Source of the DNA: Rhodobiaceae bacterium
Lineage (GTDB): Bacteria > Pseudomonadota > Alphaproteobacteria > Micropepsales > Micropepsaceae
Length of the DNA stretch: 33,539 nucleotides
Reading direction: 5' to 3'
Assembly: GCA_009885515.1 (NCBI GenBank)
Contig: VFKO01000354.1
Coordinates: 1-33,539, forward strand
Below the pieces are notes generated by a model. The model was not told where the DNA came from and ran no database searches. It saw nothing but the letters and a program-made list of their open reading frames with translations. Positions within the stretch are counted from its first letter, which is position 1. Each line of letters begins with the position of its first letter. A program made the position numbers and the translations under genes. Shown in pieces: positions 32,195 through 33,539 of this stretch.

Positions 32195-33539
32195 ATGACC
32201 AAAACCATCCGTATCGGCTGCGCTTCCGGCTTCTGGGGCGACAGTTTCACCGCCGCCCCCCAGCTCGTCGCCAAGGGTAACATCCAGTATCTCGTCTTCG
32301 ACTATCTGGCCGAGATCACCATGTCGATCATGGCCCGCCAGCGCGAGAAGGATCCGAACTTCGGCTATGCGCACGACTTCGTCACCGTCACCATGGCCGG
32401 TATCGCGCGCGAAGTGGCCGAGAAGAAAATCAAGGTCATCGCCAACGCCGGCGGCATGAACCCCAAAGCCTGCGCCGCCGCCCTCGAAGCGCTGCTCGCC
32501 AAACAGGGCGTGACGCTGAAGGTCGCCTATGTCGATGGCGACGATGTGCTGCCGCAACTCGATAAGTGGAAAAACCAAGGTGTCACCGAAATGTTCACCG
32601 GCGCACCGCTTCCCGAAAAGCCCATCAGCATGAACGCCTATCTCGGCGGCTTCCCGATTGCAGCAGCACTCGCCAAAGGCGCCGATGTCGTCATCACCGG
32701 CCGCTGCGTCGATAGCGCGGTGACGCTCGGCGCCTGTATCCACGAGTTCGGCTGGACCGCGAAGGACTACGACAAACTCGCCGGCGGCAGCCTCGCCGGT
32801 CACATCGTTGAGTGTGGCGCCCAGGCCTGCGGCGGCATCTTCACCGACTGGGAGCAGGTGCCGGAGTGGGAAAACATCGGCTACGCTATCGCCGAAGTCT
32901 CGCCTGACGGCAGCTTCACTGCCACCAAACCCGAAGGCACCGGCGGCCTGGTCTCCGTTGGCACCGTCGGCGAACAGATGCTCTACGAAATCGGCGACCC
33001 GCAGGCCTATATGCTGCCCGACGTCGCCTGCGATTTCAGCCAAGTTCGCCTTGAGCAAAAAGGCAAGGACCGCGTTAGCGTTTCCAGCGCCAAGGGTTAC
33101 GCGCCGACCGCAACTTACAAATGCTCCACCACCTTTGAAGACGGCTACCGCATCGGCAATCTGGTTTCCATCGGTGGCATCGACGCGGCGGCCAAGGCCA
33201 GGCGCACCGGCGAGGCCGTCCTCAAACGCATGGAAGGCATCCTGCGCCAGCGTAATTGGGGACAGTTTACCGAAACCAGCATCGAAATCTTGGGCGACGA
33301 AGACAGCTATGGACCGCACAAGCACCGCATCGCCGGGCGAGAAGCGATCCTGAAATTGGCCGCCAAGCACGCCCGCAAGGAACCGCTGGAACTGATGATG
33401 CGCGAACTGACCTCGTCCGGCACCTCCTTTGCGCCCGGCACCTCGGGCTATGCGGGCCTGCGTCCGAAAGTGGCGCCCGTCGTGCGCCATTTTTCGTGCC
33501 TGATTCCCAAGAAAGACGTCAGCGTCACGGTGCATGTGG
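32195..33539 (+). CDS. AtuA/DUF1446-like protein (acyclic terpene utilisation family), 3'-partial
   Basis: This ORF is not in the supplied track because it has no stop before the window ends. My translation from ATG 32195 (GGAG 12 nt upstream) is MTKTIRIGCASGFWGDSFTAAPQLVAKGNIQYLVFDYLAEITMSIMARQREKDPNFGY...GHIVECGAQACGGIFTDW...MLYEIGDPQAYMLPDV. It is open for 448 codons to position 33539. Confidence 0.8.
   Translation, partial: MTKTIRIGCASGFWGDSFTAAPQLVAKGNIQYLVFDYLAEITMSIMARQREKDPNFGYAHDFVTVTMAGIAREVAEKKIKVIANAGGMNPKACAAALEALLAKQGVTLKVAYVDGDDVLPQLDKWKNQGVTEMFTGAPLPEKPISMNAYLGGFPIAAALAKGADVVITGRCVDSAVTLGACIHEFGWTAKDYDKLAGGSLAGHIVECGAQACGGIFTDWEQVPEWENIGYAIAEVSPDGSFTATKPEGTGGLVSVGTVGEQMLYEIGDPQAYMLPDVACDFSQVRLEQKGKDRVSVSSAKGYAPTATYKCSTTFEDGYRIGNLVSIGGIDAAAKARRTGEAVLKRMEGILRQRNWGQFTETSIEILGDEDSYGPHKHRIAGREAILKLAAKHARKEPLELMMRELTSSGTSFAPGTSGYAGLRPKVAPVVRHFSCLIPKKDVSVTVHV

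Noticed and set aside
29453-33535. The N-terminal 1350 residues or so of the 1997-aa minus-strand ORF (27542-33535), considered as a giant protein.
   Set aside because: It runs antisense to four well-supported plus-strand genes (DUF1801-like, ACAD, vapBC, AtuA-like). Its composition is the G/A/D/R/H/F-rich shadow typical of antisense frames in high-GC DNA, and I see no recognisable motif. A convincing signal peptide plus SxxK hydrolase begins only near 29452/29371.

Overview
This is a 33.5-kb chromosomal segment, roughly 55-60% GC by eye. The gene style (ppx-rlmE pairing, many ATGA/TAATG overlaps) suggests an alphaproteobacterium, but that is inference. All family calls come from motifs I recognise in the translations, because no database search was possible.

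Layout:
- 4-4980: a divergent pair of units. A beta-barrel OMP and a subtilisin-like S8 peptidase lie on the minus strand. An ECF sigma, an anti-sigma and an SCO/SenC protein lie on the plus strand.
- 5103-11632: a tightly coupled type II secretion-like operon in the order F-H-I-J-K-O-E-G. It has no secretin, GspC, GspL or GspM in the locus.
- 11642-14045 (minus strand): a coupled ppx/gppA-rlmE-ccmG operon.
- 14.05-17.5 kb: a repeat-rich, partly decayed accessory patch, and the most unusual DNA in the window. It contains tandem GTCCTG/CAGGAC units, about 72-nt direct repeats 2,965 bp apart, and 86-nt inverted arms that act as common leaders for two convergent genes (an FAD/BBE-type oxidase and a small membrane protein with an in-frame TAA at codon 4). 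It also holds a truncated PIN toxin.
- 17541-20807: a 1088-aa membrane PAS-GGDEF-EAL protein.
- 20971-29452: a secreted hypothetical protein, a NupC transporter, a small membrane protein, a GPH/MFS transporter, an LLM oxidoreductase, another membrane protein, a CaiB CoA-transferase and a membrane-anchored beta-lactamase-fold hydrolase.
- 29681 to the end: a DUF1801-like gene and an acyl-CoA dehydrogenase, then a vapBC module inserted ahead of an AtuA/DUF1446-like gene. That last gene runs off the window and is missing from the ORF track.

The 1997-aa minus-strand ORF is mostly an antisense shadow. I found no rRNA, tRNA, CRISPR array, transposase or integrase.
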